From Escherichia coli (GTDB taxonomy: Bacteria; Pseudomonadota; Gammaproteobacteria; Enterobacterales; Enterobacteriaceae): a stretch of DNA of 64,000 nt. The position numbers and the translations under genes were made by a program. Below the pieces are notes generated by a model that did no database searches, was not told the origin of the DNA, and was given only the letters and a program-made list of their open reading frames with translations. Position 1 is the stretch's first letter; each line of letters starts with the position of its first letter. The stretch is from assembly GCF_050320075.1 (NCBI RefSeq), contig NZ_CP190018.1; one strand, 5' to 3'. Below are positions 29,255 to 42,694 of the stretch, piece by piece.

Positions 29255-29734
29255 TCATGGCAATTCATTATTTTCGCATAGCGTCAATGACAAAAATCGA
29301 CTGTGTGGATCAAGTTGATAATCAGCAAACGGTTCGCAATCAACGAAACCATGCTTCAAATAAAGTTGATGGCAGGCCGTAAATCCAGCCTGTGTACCCG
29401 TTTCTAAGCTCAGGCGATGAAGGCATCTGTCATGGGCGACCTGCAAAATGTGGCGTAAAATCAGACTGGCGACACCTCGACGTAAATAATTTGGCGCGGT
29501 ACGCATTGATTTCAGTTCGCCATGTTTATCATCCAGCAACTTCAGCGCACCAATTCCTGCGAGTTGTTCGCCTTCCCATACTGACCAGAATGTCACTGTC
29601 GGGTTACGTAATTTTTGCACATCTAAAGCATGACTGCTTTCGGGGGGAGACTGCTGCAGCATGCCGGAAATATGGTAAGCCACTAATGCTTGCACTGCTG
29701 GATGGGTGAGATCATCTGTTTTAATCGTGAACAT
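29255..29734 (-). CDS. yedL: GNAT-family N-acetyltransferase YedL
   Basis: 159-aa ORF with acetyl-CoA binding motif region (RRGVASLILRHILQVA). Confidence 0.85.
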   Translation of the reverse strand: MFTIKTDDLTHPAVQALVAYHISGMLQQSPPESSHALDVQKLRNPTVTFWSVWEGEQLAGIGALKLLDDKHGELKSMRTAPNYLRRGVASLILRHILQVAHDRCLHRLSLETGTQAGFTACHQLYLKHGFVDCEPFADYQLDPHSRFLSLTLCENNELP

Positions 29735-29844
29735 AACGATTCCGCATTGGTGTTATTTTTGCAATATGCCAACAGGTAATGAAATCTTTGTCTAATAGAG
29801 ATTTCTTATGACGCAGTATTGTTGATCAATAATCTTCAGGCTTG

Positions 29845-30513
29845 TCAAACAGGTTGAATTAACGCCGCGCCCTGGTTTTTGACATTACCCACCGCGCGCG
29901 ATACCGGGTGCCAGGTGAACTGGTTTGCTGGCACACAGCCACTGGTAGCGATTTCTGAGGCTTCTTTACCGCCAATATCTTGCCGCATCCATTCCCGCGC
30001 AGCTTCTGGCGACAGTACCAGTGGGCGGCGGTCATGAATATCTACCAGACCCTGGTCTGCTGCTGCAGTGACAATCAAAAATCCTTCGGCTTCGTCACCG
30101 CGCTCGAACGGTGTGCTACCTATCGCGGCCAGAAAAACAGGTTGTCCATCAGCACGATAGATAAAATAAGGCTGCTTTTTGTCGCCTTCTTTTTTCCACT
30201 CAAACCAGCCATCGACAAAACAGATTGCCCGACCATGTTGCCAGAGCGGTTTAAACATGCGACTGGTTGCGGCAGTTTCTACGCGGGCGTTAATCAGCGG
30301 CGGTTTATCCCACCATCCGGGAGCATATCCCCAAAAAACCGGATCCAGATGAAGGTGTTCATCACGTTCACTGAGTAGAAGAACTTTGGTTCCCGGCGCG
30401 ACGTTGTATCTGCCAATGGGTTCGGGATCGTAGGGAATATCGCGTTCAATATCTTCCGCGAGAAGCGCAAGGTAATCTTCACGCGTTTGGGATTGGGCAA
30501 AGCGTCCACACAT
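29845..30513 (-). CDS. yedK: SOS-response-associated peptidase (SRAP) / abasic-site processing protein YedK
   Basis: 222 aa beginning MCGRFAQ (the catalytic Cys2 context characteristic of SRAP/HMCES proteins). Confidence 0.9.
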   Translation of the reverse strand: MCGRFAQSQTREDYLALLAEDIERDIPYDPEPIGRYNVAPGTKVLLLSERDEHLHLDPVFWGYAPGWWDKPPLINARVETAATSRMFKPLWQHGRAICFVDGWFEWKKEGDKKQPYFIYRADGQPVFLAAIGSTPFERGDEAEGFLIVTAAADQGLVDIHDRRPLVLSPEAAREWMRQDIGGKEASEIATSGCVPANQFTWHPVSRAVGNVKNQGAALIQPV

Positions 30514-30619
30514 AGCAACCTCCTGAGATCATACTGAAAAGAATAGGAGAGGGGGCGGGTAAAATCTATGTGTCAGAGGCAACGATGTTCCCGCTGTGGG
30601 CCACAGCGGGAATGAGGGA

Positions 30620-30853
30620 TTACTTCTGAATTAAATAACGAATGGTCGGCCCGTCTTGCTGAATATCCAGCACCGTATAGCCGTGATTACGCGCATCCAG
30701 TGGAATATTATTGATCGACTGCGGACAGTCGCTCACAACTTCCAGGATCTCACCTTTTTTTAATTGCGGCATCGCCTCAAGGGTTGCGACTGCCGGATAA
30801 GGGCAGGGTTCACCCACCATATCAAGGCGGTAATCAGGAACGATATTTTTCAT
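30620..30853 (-). CDS. yedF: TusA-like sulfurtransferase-fold protein YedF
   Basis: 77 aa with CPxP motif (GEPCPYPAV); translationally coupled to yedE. Confidence 0.9.
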   Translation of the reverse strand: MKNIVPDYRLDMVGEPCPYPAVATLEAMPQLKKGEILEVVSDCPQSINNIPLDARNHGYTVLDIQQDGPTIRYLIQK

Positions 30854-32055
30854 GCGATCTCCTTAGCAGTCTGCGGTGCCGCACGGCGGAAGAAGCGTTT
30901 TTCCCAGCCGATAATCAACATCAGCGCAGCAAACAACAGCAAATATGTCACCAGCAGGCCACCCATCGGACCAAAGGTTTTCAGTAGGTTGATTTTGTCC
31001 CAGTCGGTGGCCAGCGCCGGAGCGAAATCATCCCAGTAATACGCCAGAATCGTTGAGCCGATCACGTTGCCCAGACCGACCCACCAGTAGTGCACCTGGC
31101 CTTCTACCGCGCGGTACATCCAGCCGGTTTCGCAGCCGCCTGCCAGCACGATGCCAAAACCAAACAGTAAACCACCAATTACCGCGTTTGGTCCCGCCCA
31201 CATGATTTTGGGTTCAACGCCTAACTGCACGTAACTGAAGATCCCGATGGCACTCACCGCCATACCGATAATGATTGCTTTCGCCATATGGGTACGTCCG
31301 GTGATCCACATATCGCGGAACGCCGAAGTAAAGCAGATTTGCGCACGTTCAATCAGTAAACCAAAGCCGACGCCAAACAGCATTGCCAGCCCCAGTTTTG
31401 GTTGGTTCATCGCCGTCAGCAGTGCCCAGCCCAGCATGCCGAAAAAGACCAGCATCCCGAGACGAAAACGACGCCGCGCCTGATCCGGTTTTTGCGTCAG
31501 CGGTGAGGCGGCAGAAACTTTCTGCATTTTCACGGGAATACGGAAGATGGGCAGCAGGGTAAAGCGCGCGCCAAACCATGAACCAATGGCAGTGGCGATG
31601 GCAAAGAACCAGGCATGCAGCGAGAACTGAGGAATGCCGGTAAAGAACGCCGCCAGGTTACAGCCCATTGCCAGACGCGCGCCAAAACCAGCGATAATGC
31701 CGCCAATAATGGCTTGCATAATGCGGATACGGCTGCGTGGCATGCGTAGTTTGACATTGTTGGCCCACAGCGCTGCAGCAAAGCAGCCGCCAAACATACC
31801 GAGGATCATCATCCCGTCGATGCGGGTTAATGGCGATCCTTCCAGATGGATAATTTTAAAATAACCCCACTCTTCAGCATGGACGCCGAACAGCTGCAGG
31901 AGCTGACCGCCCCAACGGGTAAATTCACCCGTGACAGCCCAAAAGGTGCCAGTGATGCCAAAATAGTAAGTGGAGAGAATACCCGCCGCGATGACCGCAG
32001 GGATGGGCGCCCAGAATTTAATCAACCAGGCGTGTTTGAATTGCTGCCATGACAT
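30850..32055 (-). CDS. yedE: YeeE/YedE-family inner-membrane transporter (selenium/thiosulfate-related)
   Basis: 401-aa polytopic membrane ORF upstream of yedF. Confidence 0.9.
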   Translation of the reverse strand: MSWQQFKHAWLIKFWAPIPAVIAAGILSTYYFGITGTFWAVTGEFTRWGGQLLQLFGVHAEEWGYFKIIHLEGSPLTRIDGMMILGMFGGCFAAALWANNVKLRMPRSRIRIMQAIIGGIIAGFGARLAMGCNLAAFFTGIPQFSLHAWFFAIATAIGSWFGARFTLLPIFRIPVKMQKVSAASPLTQKPDQARRRFRLGMLVFFGMLGWALLTAMNQPKLGLAMLFGVGFGLLIERAQICFTSAFRDMWITGRTHMAKAIIIGMAVSAIGIFSYVQLGVEPKIMWAGPNAVIGGLLFGFGIVLAGGCETGWMYRAVEGQVHYWWVGLGNVIGSTILAYYWDDFAPALATDWDKINLLKTFGPMGGLLVTYLLLFAALMLIIGWEKRFFRRAAPQTAKEIA

Positions 32056-32238
32056 GAATGTAGCCTCTGAACTCAGAAGGTTTGAAACAGGAGTCGCGAA
32101 TCATACACCATGCAAATTTATTTTCGGGGTAATAATTCACAAAAATAATAGTTAGATCAAATTTCTCTCTGAACCTGGAAAGGCTGGCGACATCAGGGCT
32201 TTAATGCCACAATCCTCTTTTCTTCTCATGCAGGACGA

Positions 32239-32655
32239 ATGATGAAAAAACTCGCAATTGCAGGCGCGCTCATGTTGCTGGCGGGCTGTGCCGAAGTCGA
32301 AAACTATAACAATGTCGTGAAAACCCCCGCGCCGGACTGGCTGGCGGGCTACTGGCAGACCAAAGGGCCGCAACGTGCGCTGGTCAGTCCGGAAGCGATA
32401 GGCAGCCTGATTGTCACTAAAGAGGGCGATACTCTGGATTGCCGTCAGTGGCAGCGGGTGATTGCCGTGCCGGGCAAGTTGACATTGATGTCAGATGATC
32501 TCACTAACGTTACCGTAAAACGTGAGCTGTACGAGGTTGAGCGTGACGGTAACACCATTGAGTACGATGGTATGACGATGGAGCGTGTGGATCGCCCGAC
32601 GGCAGAGTGTGCCGCCGCGCTGGATAAAGCGCCGTTACCGACGCCACTGCCGTAA
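32239..32655 (+). CDS. yedD: Lipoprotein YedD
   Basis: Lipobox LLAGC in signal peptide (MMKKLAIAGALMLLAGC). Confidence 0.88.
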   Translation: MMKKLAIAGALMLLAGCAEVENYNNVVKTPAPDWLAGYWQTKGPQRALVSPEAIGSLIVTKEGDTLDCRQWQRVIAVPGKLTLMSDDLTNVTVKRELYEVERDGNTIEYDGMTMERVDRPTAECAAALDKAPLPTPLP

Positions 32656-32688
32656 TGAAATCTCCCCGGCTTGCCGCCGGGGATGAAT

Positions 32689-34176
32689 TTAAATCACCTC
32701 TTCGATAACCCACACGCTGACGCTGCCGCCGTTGCAAAAGAAGGTCGCTTCGCCGTTTTCGTCGGTCACAACGCTCTCTTGCCGATTCCCCAGAAAATCA
32801 CGCCAGGTTTTATTGCCGTAATTCTCTCCCAGATGAATGGTTTTTTCGCCATCATCCCCGTTTGACATAACCACCACGCAGCCGGGATATTCGTCGGTGC
32901 CACTGCGGCTAAAGGCAATGCAGTTCGGATGGTCGAAAAATAACGTCTGTACACCGTGGGCGAAACGCTGACGGGCGAGAATTAACTCATCAAGTTGTTC
33001 GATTATTGGCATATCTATCGGATAGGTTTGCCCGTCACCGCCAACATCTTCGTAATGCGCGCCATAGAGGTCCGGATAGAATACCGAAGGAACGCCATTT
33101 TCCCGCAACAAAATTAGAGCATACGCCAGCGGTTTAAACCACGGTTCGACCGGTGCTTCGAGGGCTTGCAACGGTTGGGTGTCGTGGTTGGCAACGAGTG
33201 TTACGGCGTGAAAAGGATCGGCTTCCACTAATGTACCCGTGAAAATCTGCGTCATGTCGTAGTCGCGCCCCATGCGCGATGCTTCATGGAATTTCATCTG
33301 CAGCGGTGCATCGAACAGCATGGTTTTGCCTTCCACCTGATCAATATACGTTTGCAGTTTATCGACTTCATGCGACCAGTATTCAGCCACAATAAATAGC
33401 GGCTTTGGTGCAACTTCTTGTACGTGTTCGATCCACTCTTTATAAAACCACGCCGGAATATGTTTGACCGCATCAAGACGAAAACCGTCGCATTGCGTTT
33501 GTTCCATCACCCAGCGCGCCCAGTATTTAATCTCTTCCGTCACGGCATGATTGCGGAAATCGATATTCTCGCCCATCAGATAATCGAAATTACCGAGTTC
33601 ATCATCAACCTGATCGTTCCAGCCTTCGCCGGTGTAGTCGTTAACAATTTTAAAAATGCCATCTTCATCAGGGTTTTCGATATGGTCGATACCGCTAAAA
33701 CATTTGAAATCCCAGATAAACTGCGAGTATTGCCCGGCACGGGCGGGGAAGGTGTAACGCGTCCAGCCTTCGCACTCAATGATTTCTTCGTCAATTTGCG
33801 TACGGTCATCAGCATTTACACGCTGCACGCGAATAGCTTCTTTTTCATCCGCGCCCATTTTGTGGTTGACTACCACGTCCAGCAGCACCGCAATGTCATT
33901 ACGTTTCAGAGCGTCAATGGCGGCCAGCAGTTGTGCTTTATCGCCATATTTAGTAGGGATGCTGCCTTTCTGATCAAACTCGCCTAAATCAAATAAATCA
34001 TAGGAGTCGTAGCCGACCGAATACCCGCCCGATGCGCCTTTATAGGCGGGCGGCAACCAGACCATATTGATACCAATATCATTAAAACCGTCGGCGCGCT
34101 CGGCCAGTTCAGGCCAGAGCTTACCGCCTTCCGGGTAATACCAGTGAAAACATTGTAACAGCGTGGGATTACGCAT
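32689..34176 (-). CDS. amyA: Cytoplasmic alpha-amylase AmyA (GH13)
   Basis: 495 aa; GH13 conserved regions ([28 protein letters not shown]). Confidence 0.93.
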   Translation of the reverse strand: MRNPTLLQCFHWYYPEGGKLWPELAERADGFNDIGINMVWLPPAYKGASGGYSVGYDSYDLFDLGEFDQKGSIPTKYGDKAQLLAAIDALKRNDIAVLLDVVVNHKMGADEKEAIRVQRVNADDRTQIDEEIIECEGWTRYTFPARAGQYSQFIWDFKCFSGIDHIENPDEDGIFKIVNDYTGEGWNDQVDDELGNFDYLMGENIDFRNHAVTEEIKYWARWVMEQTQCDGFRLDAVKHIPAWFYKEWIEHVQEVAPKPLFIVAEYWSHEVDKLQTYIDQVEGKTMLFDAPLQMKFHEASRMGRDYDMTQIFTGTLVEADPFHAVTLVANHDTQPLQALEAPVEPWFKPLAYALILLRENGVPSVFYPDLYGAHYEDVGGDGQTYPIDMPIIEQLDELILARQRFAHGVQTLFFDHPNCIAFSRSGTDEYPGCVVVMSNGDDGEKTIHLGENYGNKTWRDFLGNRQESVVTDENGEATFFCNGGSVSVWVIEEVI

Positions 34177-34253
34177 TCTTCGACTCCATTCAAGGGGAAC
34201 ATTAGAAGCGTAGCCGTAATCGGATTATTCGCGAGCCATCGGCTCGTTAAGAT

Positions 34254-34619
34254 TCAAAAGAGGTTATCCTGCGGAGCCAGCACAAAGCCGCCCTGATCGC
34301 CATAGGCACTTAACACCGATTTTTGCATCGATGACTGACCGACCAGTTTCGCCAGTTCATCCATCCGAATCTGTAATAACTGCTTCACCTTGCTTTCGTT
34401 ATCGAGAATCAGGCGCAGCATCGGGCGGAGTTGCTCCTGCATCGTGGTGGACGGCTCAACCTCTTCAGTCAGGTGTGCAATCTCCTGCACCGCATTCACA
34501 TACGCCATTTCGCTGGCGATGAGTTCGTCCCACTGTTCTTCCGTTGCCAGGCGTAACATGAGCTGGCTTTTTTCGACGAGTTGTTGCCAGGCGAAATACA
34601 AATGCGGTGCGTGGTTCAT
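34254..34619 (-). CDS. fliT: Flagellar chaperone / anti-FlhDC factor FliT
   Basis: 121-aa ORF, last gene of fliDST. Confidence 0.9.
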   Translation of the reverse strand: MNHAPHLYFAWQQLVEKSQLMLRLATEEQWDELIASEMAYVNAVQEIAHLTEEVEPSTTMQEQLRPMLRLILDNESKVKQLLQIRMDELAKLVGQSSMQKSVLSAYGDQGGFVLAPQDNLF

Positions 34620-35029
34620 CAGACTGGGTCCTGAATCAAAGAAGGGGAGAGTAACGACTCTTTCCAGGCATCGGCAATATTGCGCATTAATGCTTCCACT
34701 TCTTCGACTGCGGAGACATCGTTGCGTAAATTGGCTTGCAGCAAACGCCTGACCATATAGCTATAAAGAGCAATCAAGTTTTGGGTTAATTCGTCATTGC
34801 TCTCTTCATCAAGACTCACCCGCAGTCCGTTCTCAATAATGTTGATCGCTTTTGACAAAGAGACGCCTTTGCCTTGCTGATTGTTGTCCTGCATAAACAG
34901 GCGCGCTCTAACCAGTGCGCTCAGCACTCCATCAAATAGCATGGTGACCAGCTGCTGCTGGCTGGCGCTCATTACGGCGCTTTCGACGCCAATTTGTGCA
35001 TAGGCCTGGGTGCCTTTTGCCGCGTACAT
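34619..35029 (-). CDS. fliS: Flagellin-specific chaperone FliS
   Basis: 136-aa ORF; operon position. Confidence 0.92.
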   Translation of the reverse strand: MYAAKGTQAYAQIGVESAVMSASQQQLVTMLFDGVLSALVRARLFMQDNNQQGKGVSLSKAINIIENGLRVSLDEESNDELTQNLIALYSYMVRRLLQANLRNDVSAVEEVEALMRNIADAWKESLLSPSLIQDPV

Positions 35030-35053
35030 GACCTGTCTCCCGATGAATATTGA

Positions 35054-36460
35054 TTACTTGGAATTACTGTTGTTTTCGAACTGCTGCGTTAAGTAGCTGC
35101 TGGTGCTGTTTAACGAGGTCATTAAAACGTCCAGTTGGGTAAATTGTTCTTTGTAGCGCGCGACCTGCGCATCAATGCGATCGCTGGCGGCGTTGTAGTC
35201 TTTAGTTAACTTATTCAGGGTCTTACTAACGCCATCGGTAGCGGCTTTAATAATGCCTGTTGTCGAAAGCCAACTGGTCAGGTTGCTGCCGATGGTGGTT
35301 GTGATGCCGGTTTTTTTACCATCGCCAACAATCAATGCACCTACGCCGCTGGCATCTTTTTTCAATGCAGCGGTGAGTTTGTCGGCATCCAGCTCCAGTT
35401 TGCCATCGCTGGGATCGGTCGTGATACCAATCTGCGCCAGCGTTTTATAGTTGGAAGAACTGACGGTATTACTCAGCATCGATTTCAACTGCGTCTGAAT
35501 CGTCCGCAGCGTGGAGTCGCCGAGCAGTGCGCCATTGCTAGAACTCTGGCTATCAGCTCCCGCATCTACGGCGGTGTATTTGGTCAGGCTGCTGAAGGTA
35601 TCTATTAGCGAGTTATAGGCATTCACCCAGTCTTTAATCGCCGTTTGCGCTTTGGAGGTGTCCTGAGTGATGGTTAGCGTCTGGTTGCCCGTGGTGACAT
35701 CGTTCAGGTTCAGGGTGATGTTTTCCAGCGCGTCGCTGATGGTGTTGCTGCTGTTCTCAATGGCGACGTTGTTGACCGTCAGCTGCGCATTCTGGGCGGC
35801 GACCGAGACCTCCATACCGTTGCTACTGGCACTGGCGTCATAGCCCATAAAACTTTGTAGCGCATCATCACCGCTAACCGAGAGCGTCATCGCATTATCA
35901 AGGCCGGTGTCATTCGATGTGACTGACAGACGATATTCACCGTTACCCACGTTAATGATGCTTGCGCTTACACCTGCTTTTGCGTTGTTGATGGCATCAC
36001 GGATCCCGCTTAACGACGAGTTAGCCGCGCTGATATCAATGGTGATCGGCTCTTTGTCGCCGCCTTGTTGAATGGTGAGTTTGCTGTCGCTGGTGGCGAT
36101 CGCCGTTTTCGTATCGTCTCTGGTGGTGCGCGTGGTCAGGGTTTGCGCCTGCGCCAGATGGGTGACGCTGATGGTGTATTTCCCGGCGATGGCGTTACCC
36201 GCAGTGGTGGCACTGAACGCGGTGGTGCTGCTGGTAGTGCTGGTGGCGGAAAAAAGATCGGCTTTAGACAATGCAGTATTGGCGGTCTGGAAAGTCGTCA
36301 GCGCGCTTTTCAGCGTACCGTAGGCGCTAAGTTTAGCGGTAAACGACGATTGCTGATTTGAAATAGGGGTTAGCGTCGCTTTTTGCGCGGCGGTGAGGCT
36401 ATCAAGGATTGAACTTAAATCCAGGCCTGACCCGACTCCCAGCGATGAAATACTTGCCAT
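35054..36460 (-). CDS. fliD: Flagellar filament cap protein FliD
   Basis: 468-aa ORF with conserved N/C coiled-coil termini. Confidence 0.93.
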   Translation of the reverse strand: MASISSLGVGSGLDLSSILDSLTAAQKATLTPISNQQSSFTAKLSAYGTLKSALTTFQTANTALSKADLFSATSTTSSTTAFSATTAGNAIAGKYTISVTHLAQAQTLTTRTTRDDTKTAIATSDSKLTIQQGGDKEPITIDISAANSSLSGIRDAINNAKAGVSASIINVGNGEYRLSVTSNDTGLDNAMTLSVSGDDALQSFMGYDASASSNGMEVSVAAQNAQLTVNNVAIENSSNTISDALENITLNLNDVTTGNQTLTITQDTSKAQTAIKDWVNAYNSLIDTFSSLTKYTAVDAGADSQSSSNGALLGDSTLRTIQTQLKSMLSNTVSSSNYKTLAQIGITTDPSDGKLELDADKLTAALKKDASGVGALIVGDGKKTGITTTIGSNLTSWLSTTGIIKAATDGVSKTLNKLTKDYNAASDRIDAQVARYKEQFTQLDVLMTSLNSTSSYLTQQFENNSNSK

Positions 36461-36503
36461 GCGATTTCCTTTTATCTTTCGACACGTAAAACGAATACCG
36501 GGG

Positions 36504-36530
36504 TTATCGGCCTGAATTGCGCAAAGTTTA
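36504..36530 (-). promoter_or_regulatory. Sigma-28 (FliA) class-3 promoter of fliD
   Basis: Minus-strand TAAA-N15-GCCGATAA read directly from sequence. Confidence 0.7.
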
Positions 36531-36622
36531 CGTTTAATTGTTTTTTTTAATAGCGGGAATAAGGGGCAGAGAAAAGAGTATTTCGGCGACTAACAAAAAA
36601 TGGCTGTTTGTGAAAAAAATTC

Positions 36623-36649
36623 TAAAGGTTGTTTTACGACAGACGATAA
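36623..36649 (+). promoter_or_regulatory. Sigma-28 (FliA) class-3 promoter of fliC
   Basis: TAAAGGTT-N11-GACGATAA upstream of the fliC start. Confidence 0.75.
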
Positions 36650-36725
36650 CAGGGTTGACGGCGATTGAGCCGACGGGTGGAAACCCAATACGTAATCAAC
36701 GACTTGCAATATAGGATAACGAATC

Positions 36726-38396
36726 ATGGCACAAGTCATTAATACCAACAGCCTCTCGCTGATCACTCAAAATAATATCAACAAGAACCAGTCTGCGCTG
36801 TCGAGTTCTATCGAGCGTCTGTCTTCTGGCTTGCGTATTAACAGCGCGAAGGATGACGCCGCAGGTCAGGCGATTGCTAACCGTTTTACTTCTAACATTA
36901 AAGGCCTGACTCAGGCTGCACGTAACGCCAACGACGGTATTTCTGTTGCACAGACCACTGAAGGCGCGCTGTCCGAAATCAACAACAACTTACAGCGTAT
37001 TCGTGAACTGACGGTTCAGGCGACGACCGGAACTAACTCCACCTCTGACCTGGACTCCATTCAGGACGAAATCAAATCCCGTCTTGATGAAATTGACCGC
37101 GTATCCGGCCAGACCCAGTTCAACGGCGTGAACGTACTGTCAAAAGATGGCTCGATGAAAATTCAGGTCGGCGCGAACGATGGTGAAACCATCACGATTG
37201 ATCTGAAAAAGATCGACTCTTCTACATTGAAGCTGACCGGTTTTAACGTGAATGGCGAAGGTGAAACAGCCAATACTGCTGCAACACTTAAAGATATGGT
37301 TGGTTTAAAACTCGATAATACGGGGGTCACTACAGCTGGAGTTAATAGATATATTGCTGACAAAGCCGTCGCAAGTAGCACGGATATTTTGAATGCGGTA
37401 GCTGGTGTTGATGGCAGTAAAGTTTCCACGGAGGCAGATGTTGGTTTTGGTGCGGCTGCCCCTGGTACGCCAGTGGAATATACTTATCATAAAGATACTA
37501 ACACATATACGGCTTCTGCTTCAGTTGATGCGACTCAACTGGCGGCATTCCTGAATCCTGAAGCGGGTGGTACCACTGCTGCAACAGTAAGTATTGGCAA
37601 CGGTACAACAGCTCAAGAGCAAAAAGTCATTATTGCTAAAGATGGTTCTTTAACTGCTGCTGATGACGGTGCCGCTCTCTATCTTGATACTAATGGTAAC
37701 TTAAGTAAAACTAACGCAGGCACTGATACTCAAGCTAAACTGTCTGACTTAATGGCAAACAATGCTAAGGCAAAAACAGTCATTACAACAGATAAAGGTA
37801 CATTTACTGCTAATACGACAAACGATGGTTTTGATGGGGTAGATATTTCTGTTGATGCTTCAACGTTTGCTAATGCCGTTAAAAATGAGACTTACACTGC
37901 AACTGTTGGTGTAACTTTACCAGCGACATATACAGTCAATAATGGCACTGCTGCATCAGCGTATTTAGTCGATGGAAAAGTGAGCCAAACTCCTGCCGAG
38001 TATTTTGCTCAAGCTGATGGCACTATTACTAGTGGTGAAAATGCGGCTACCAGTAAAGCTATCTATGTAAGTGCCAATGGTAACTTAACGACTAACACAA
38101 CGAGTGAATCTGAAGCGACTACCAACCCGCTGGCAGCATTGGATGACGCTATCGCGTCCATCGACAAATTCCGTTCATCCCTTGGTGCTATCCAGAACCG
38201 TCTGGATTCCGCGGTCACCAACCTGAACAACACCACTACCAACCTGTCCGAAGCGCAGTCCCGTATTCAGGACGCCGACTATGCGACCGAAGTGTCCAAC
38301 ATGTCGAAAGCGCAGATTATTCAGCAGGCCGGTAACTCCGTGCTGGCAAAAGCTAACCAGGTACCGCAGCAGGTTCTGTCTCTGCTGCAGGGTTAA
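36726..38396 (+). CDS. fliC: Flagellin FliC (556 aa; non-K-12 central domain)
   Basis: Conserved N-terminus [54 protein letters not shown] and C-terminus ...[13 protein letters not shown]; Thr/Ala/Gly-rich central region. Confidence 0.95.
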   Translation: MAQVINTNSLSLITQNNINKNQSALSSSIERLSSGLRINSAKDDAAGQAIANRFTSNIKGLTQAARNANDGISVAQTTEGALSEINNNLQRIRELTVQATTGTNSTSDLDSIQDEIKSRLDEIDRVSGQTQFNGVNVLSKDGSMKIQVGANDGETITIDLKKIDSSTLKLTGFNVNGEGETANTAATLKDMVGLKLDNTGVTTAGVNRYIADKAVASSTDILNAVAGVDGSKVSTEADVGFGAAAPGTPVEYTYHKDTNTYTASASVDATQLAAFLNPEAGGTTAATVSIGNGTTAQEQKVIIAKDGSLTAADDGAALYLDTNGNLSKTNAGTDTQAKLSDLMANNAKAKTVITTDKGTFTANTTNDGFDGVDISVDASTFANAVKNETYTATVGVTLPATYTVNNGTAASAYLVDGKVSQTPAEYFAQADGTITSGENAATSKAIYVSANGNLTTNTTSESEATTNPLAALDDAIASIDKFRSSLGAIQNRLDSAVTNLNNTTTNLSEAQSRIQDADYATEVSNMSKAQIIQQAGNSVLAKANQVPQQVLSLLQG

Positions 38397-38434
38397 TCGT
38401 CGTAACCTGATTAACTGAGACTGACGGCAACGCC

Positions 38435-38545
<111 letters not shown>

Positions 38546-38715
38546 ATGGTAATTTGCCAGCAACGTGCTTCCCCGCCACCGGCGGGGTTTTTTCTGTCCG
38601 CAATTTACCGGTAACCCCCAAATAACCCCTCATTTCACCCACTAATCGTCCGATTAAAAACCCTGCAGAAACGGATAATCATGCCGATAACTCATATAAC
38701 GCAGGGCTGTTTATC

Positions 38716-39435
38716 GTGAATTCACTCTATACCGCTGAAGGTGTAATGGATAAACACTCGCTGTGGCAGCGTTATGTCCCGCTGGTGCGTCACGAAGCAT
38801 TGCGCCTGCAGGTTCGACTGCCCGCGAGCGTGGAACTTGACGATCTGCTACAGGCGGGCGGCATTGGGTTACTTAATGCCGTCGAACGCTATGACGCCCT
38901 ACAAGGAACGGCATTTACAACTTACGCAGTGCAGCGTATCCGTGGCGCTATGCTGGATGAACTTCGCAGCCGTGACTGGGTGCCGCGCAGCGTGCGACGC
39001 AACGCGCGTGAAGTGGCACAGGCAATAGGGCAACTGGAGCAGGAACTTGGCCGTAACGCCACGGAAACTGAGGTAGCGGAACGTTTAGGGATCGATATTG
39101 CCGATTATCGCCAAATGTTGCTCGACACCAATAACAGCCAGCTCTTCTCCTACGATGAGTGGCGCGAAGAGCACGGCGATAGCATTGAACTGGTTACTGA
39201 TGATCATCAGCGAGAAAACCCGCTACAACAGCTGCTGGACAGTAATCTGCGCCAGCGGGTGATGGAAGCTATCGAAACGTTGCCGGAGCGCGAAAAACTG
39301 GTATTAACCCTCTATTACCAGGAAGAGCTGAATCTCAAAGAGATTGGCGCGGTGCTGGAGGTCGGGGAATCGCGGGTCAGTCAGTTACACAGCCAGGCCA
39401 TTAAACGGTTACGCACTAAACTGGGTAAGTTATAA
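38716..39435 (+). CDS. fliA: Flagellar sigma factor sigma-28 (FliA)
   Basis: 239 aa, GTG start; sigma-70 family regions 2 and 4. Confidence 0.95.
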   Translation: MNSLYTAEGVMDKHSLWQRYVPLVRHEALRLQVRLPASVELDDLLQAGGIGLLNAVERYDALQGTAFTTYAVQRIRGAMLDELRSRDWVPRSVRRNAREVAQAIGQLEQELGRNATETEVAERLGIDIADYRQMLLDTNNSQLFSYDEWREEHGDSIELVTDDHQRENPLQQLLDSNLRQRVMEAIETLPEREKLVLTLYYQEELNLKEIGAVLEVGESRVSQLHSQAIKRLRTKLGKL

Positions 39436-39480
39436 CGTCAGTAAATGCCGCACTTTAATTTTGACTACCAGGAGTTCTTA

Positions 39481-40032
39481 ATGATGGTGCAGCACCTGAA
39501 AAGACGGCCATTAAGCCGCTATCTTAAAGACTTTAAACACAGCCAGACCCATTGCGCGCATTGCCGTAAATTACTCGACCGCATTACCCTCGTTCGCGAC
39601 GGCAAAATAGTGAATAAAATCGAGATTTCCCGCCTGGACATGCTGCTTGATGAAAATGGCTGGCAAGTGGAACAAAAATCATGGGCGGCATTGTGCCGAT
39701 TCTGCGGTGATTTACATTGCAAAACGCAGAGTGATTTTTTCGATATTATCGGCTTTAAGCAATTTCTTTTTGAGCAAACTGAAATGAGCCCAGGTACGGT
39801 GCGTGAATATGTCGTTCGTCTGCGCCGTTTGGGTAATCATCTACACGAGCAAAATATTTCCCTCGATCAGCTGCAGGATGGTTTCCTTGATGAAATCCTC
39901 GCCCCATGGCTGCCCACCACCAGCACCAACAATTACCGCATCGCGTTACGGAAGTATCAACACTATCAGCGTCAAACGCGTACCGGACTTGTGCAGAAAT
40001 CCTCCAGCCTGCCTGCTTCTGATATATATTAA
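39481..40032 (+). CDS. fliZ: Flagellar regulator FliZ
   Basis: 183-aa product MMVQHLKRRPLSRYLKDF... from internal ATG 39481. Confidence 0.9.
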   Translation: MMVQHLKRRPLSRYLKDFKHSQTHCAHCRKLLDRITLVRDGKIVNKIEISRLDMLLDENGWQVEQKSWAALCRFCGDLHCKTQSDFFDIIGFKQFLFEQTEMSPGTVREYVVRLRRLGNHLHEQNISLDQLQDGFLDEILAPWLPTTSTNNYRIALRKYQHYQRQTRTGLVQKSSSLPASDIY

Positions 40033-40119
40033 ATAAGAATAAGATGTAGCGGAGTTGTTTTTGTGTTTACAAACAATGGCTCTACACTGCAAACAGACAT
40101 AACAACATTCGGGGTGAAT

Positions 40120-42011
<1,892 letters not shown>

Positions 42012-42025
42012 CTCCGGAAACGCTC

Positions 42026-42694
42026 ATGCAAGAAAGTATACAACTGGTTATTGATTCCTTGCCGTTCCTGCTGAAAGGGGCTGGGTATACGCTGCAACTC
42101 AGTATCGGCGGCATGTTTTTTGGCTTACTGCTCGGGTTTATTCTCGCGCTGATGCGCCTTTCGCCAATCTGGCCCGTGCGCTGGCTGGCGCGTTTTTATA
42201 TCTCTATTTTTCGTGGTACGCCGCTCATCGCCCAACTGTTTATGATCTATTACGGCTTGCCGCAGTTTGGCATCGAACTAGATCCCATTCCGTCAGCAAT
42301 GATTGGTCTGTCGCTAAACACTGCCGCCTATGCTGCCGAAACGCTGCGCGCCGCCATTTCTTCTATTGATAAAGGTCAGTGGGAAGCTGCTGCCAGTATT
42401 GGTATGACGCCGTGGCAGACCATGCGTCGCGCGATTTTGCCACAGGCGGCGCGGGTGGCGTTGCCGCCGCTGTCGAACAGCTTTATCAGCCTGGTAAAAG
42501 ATACGTCGCTGGCCGCGACAATCCAGGTGCCGGAGCTGTTCCGTCAGGCGCAGTTGATTACCTCGCGTACGCTGGAGGTGTTCACCATGTACCTGGCGGC
42601 TTCGCTCATCTACTGGATCATGGCGACAGTATTATCGACGTTGCAGAACCATTTTGAGAATCAACTTAATCGCCAGGAGAGAGAACCAAAATGA
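42026..42694 (+). CDS. tcyL: L-cystine ABC transporter permease TcyL (YecS)
   Basis: 222-aa membrane protein with ABC permease EAA-like loop. Confidence 0.92.
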   Translation: MQESIQLVIDSLPFLLKGAGYTLQLSIGGMFFGLLLGFILALMRLSPIWPVRWLARFYISIFRGTPLIAQLFMIYYGLPQFGIELDPIPSAMIGLSLNTAAYAAETLRAAISSIDKGQWEAAASIGMTPWQTMRRAILPQAARVALPPLSNSFISLVKDTSLAATIQVPELFRQAQLITSRTLEVFTMYLAASLIYWIMATVLSTLQNHFENQLNRQEREPK

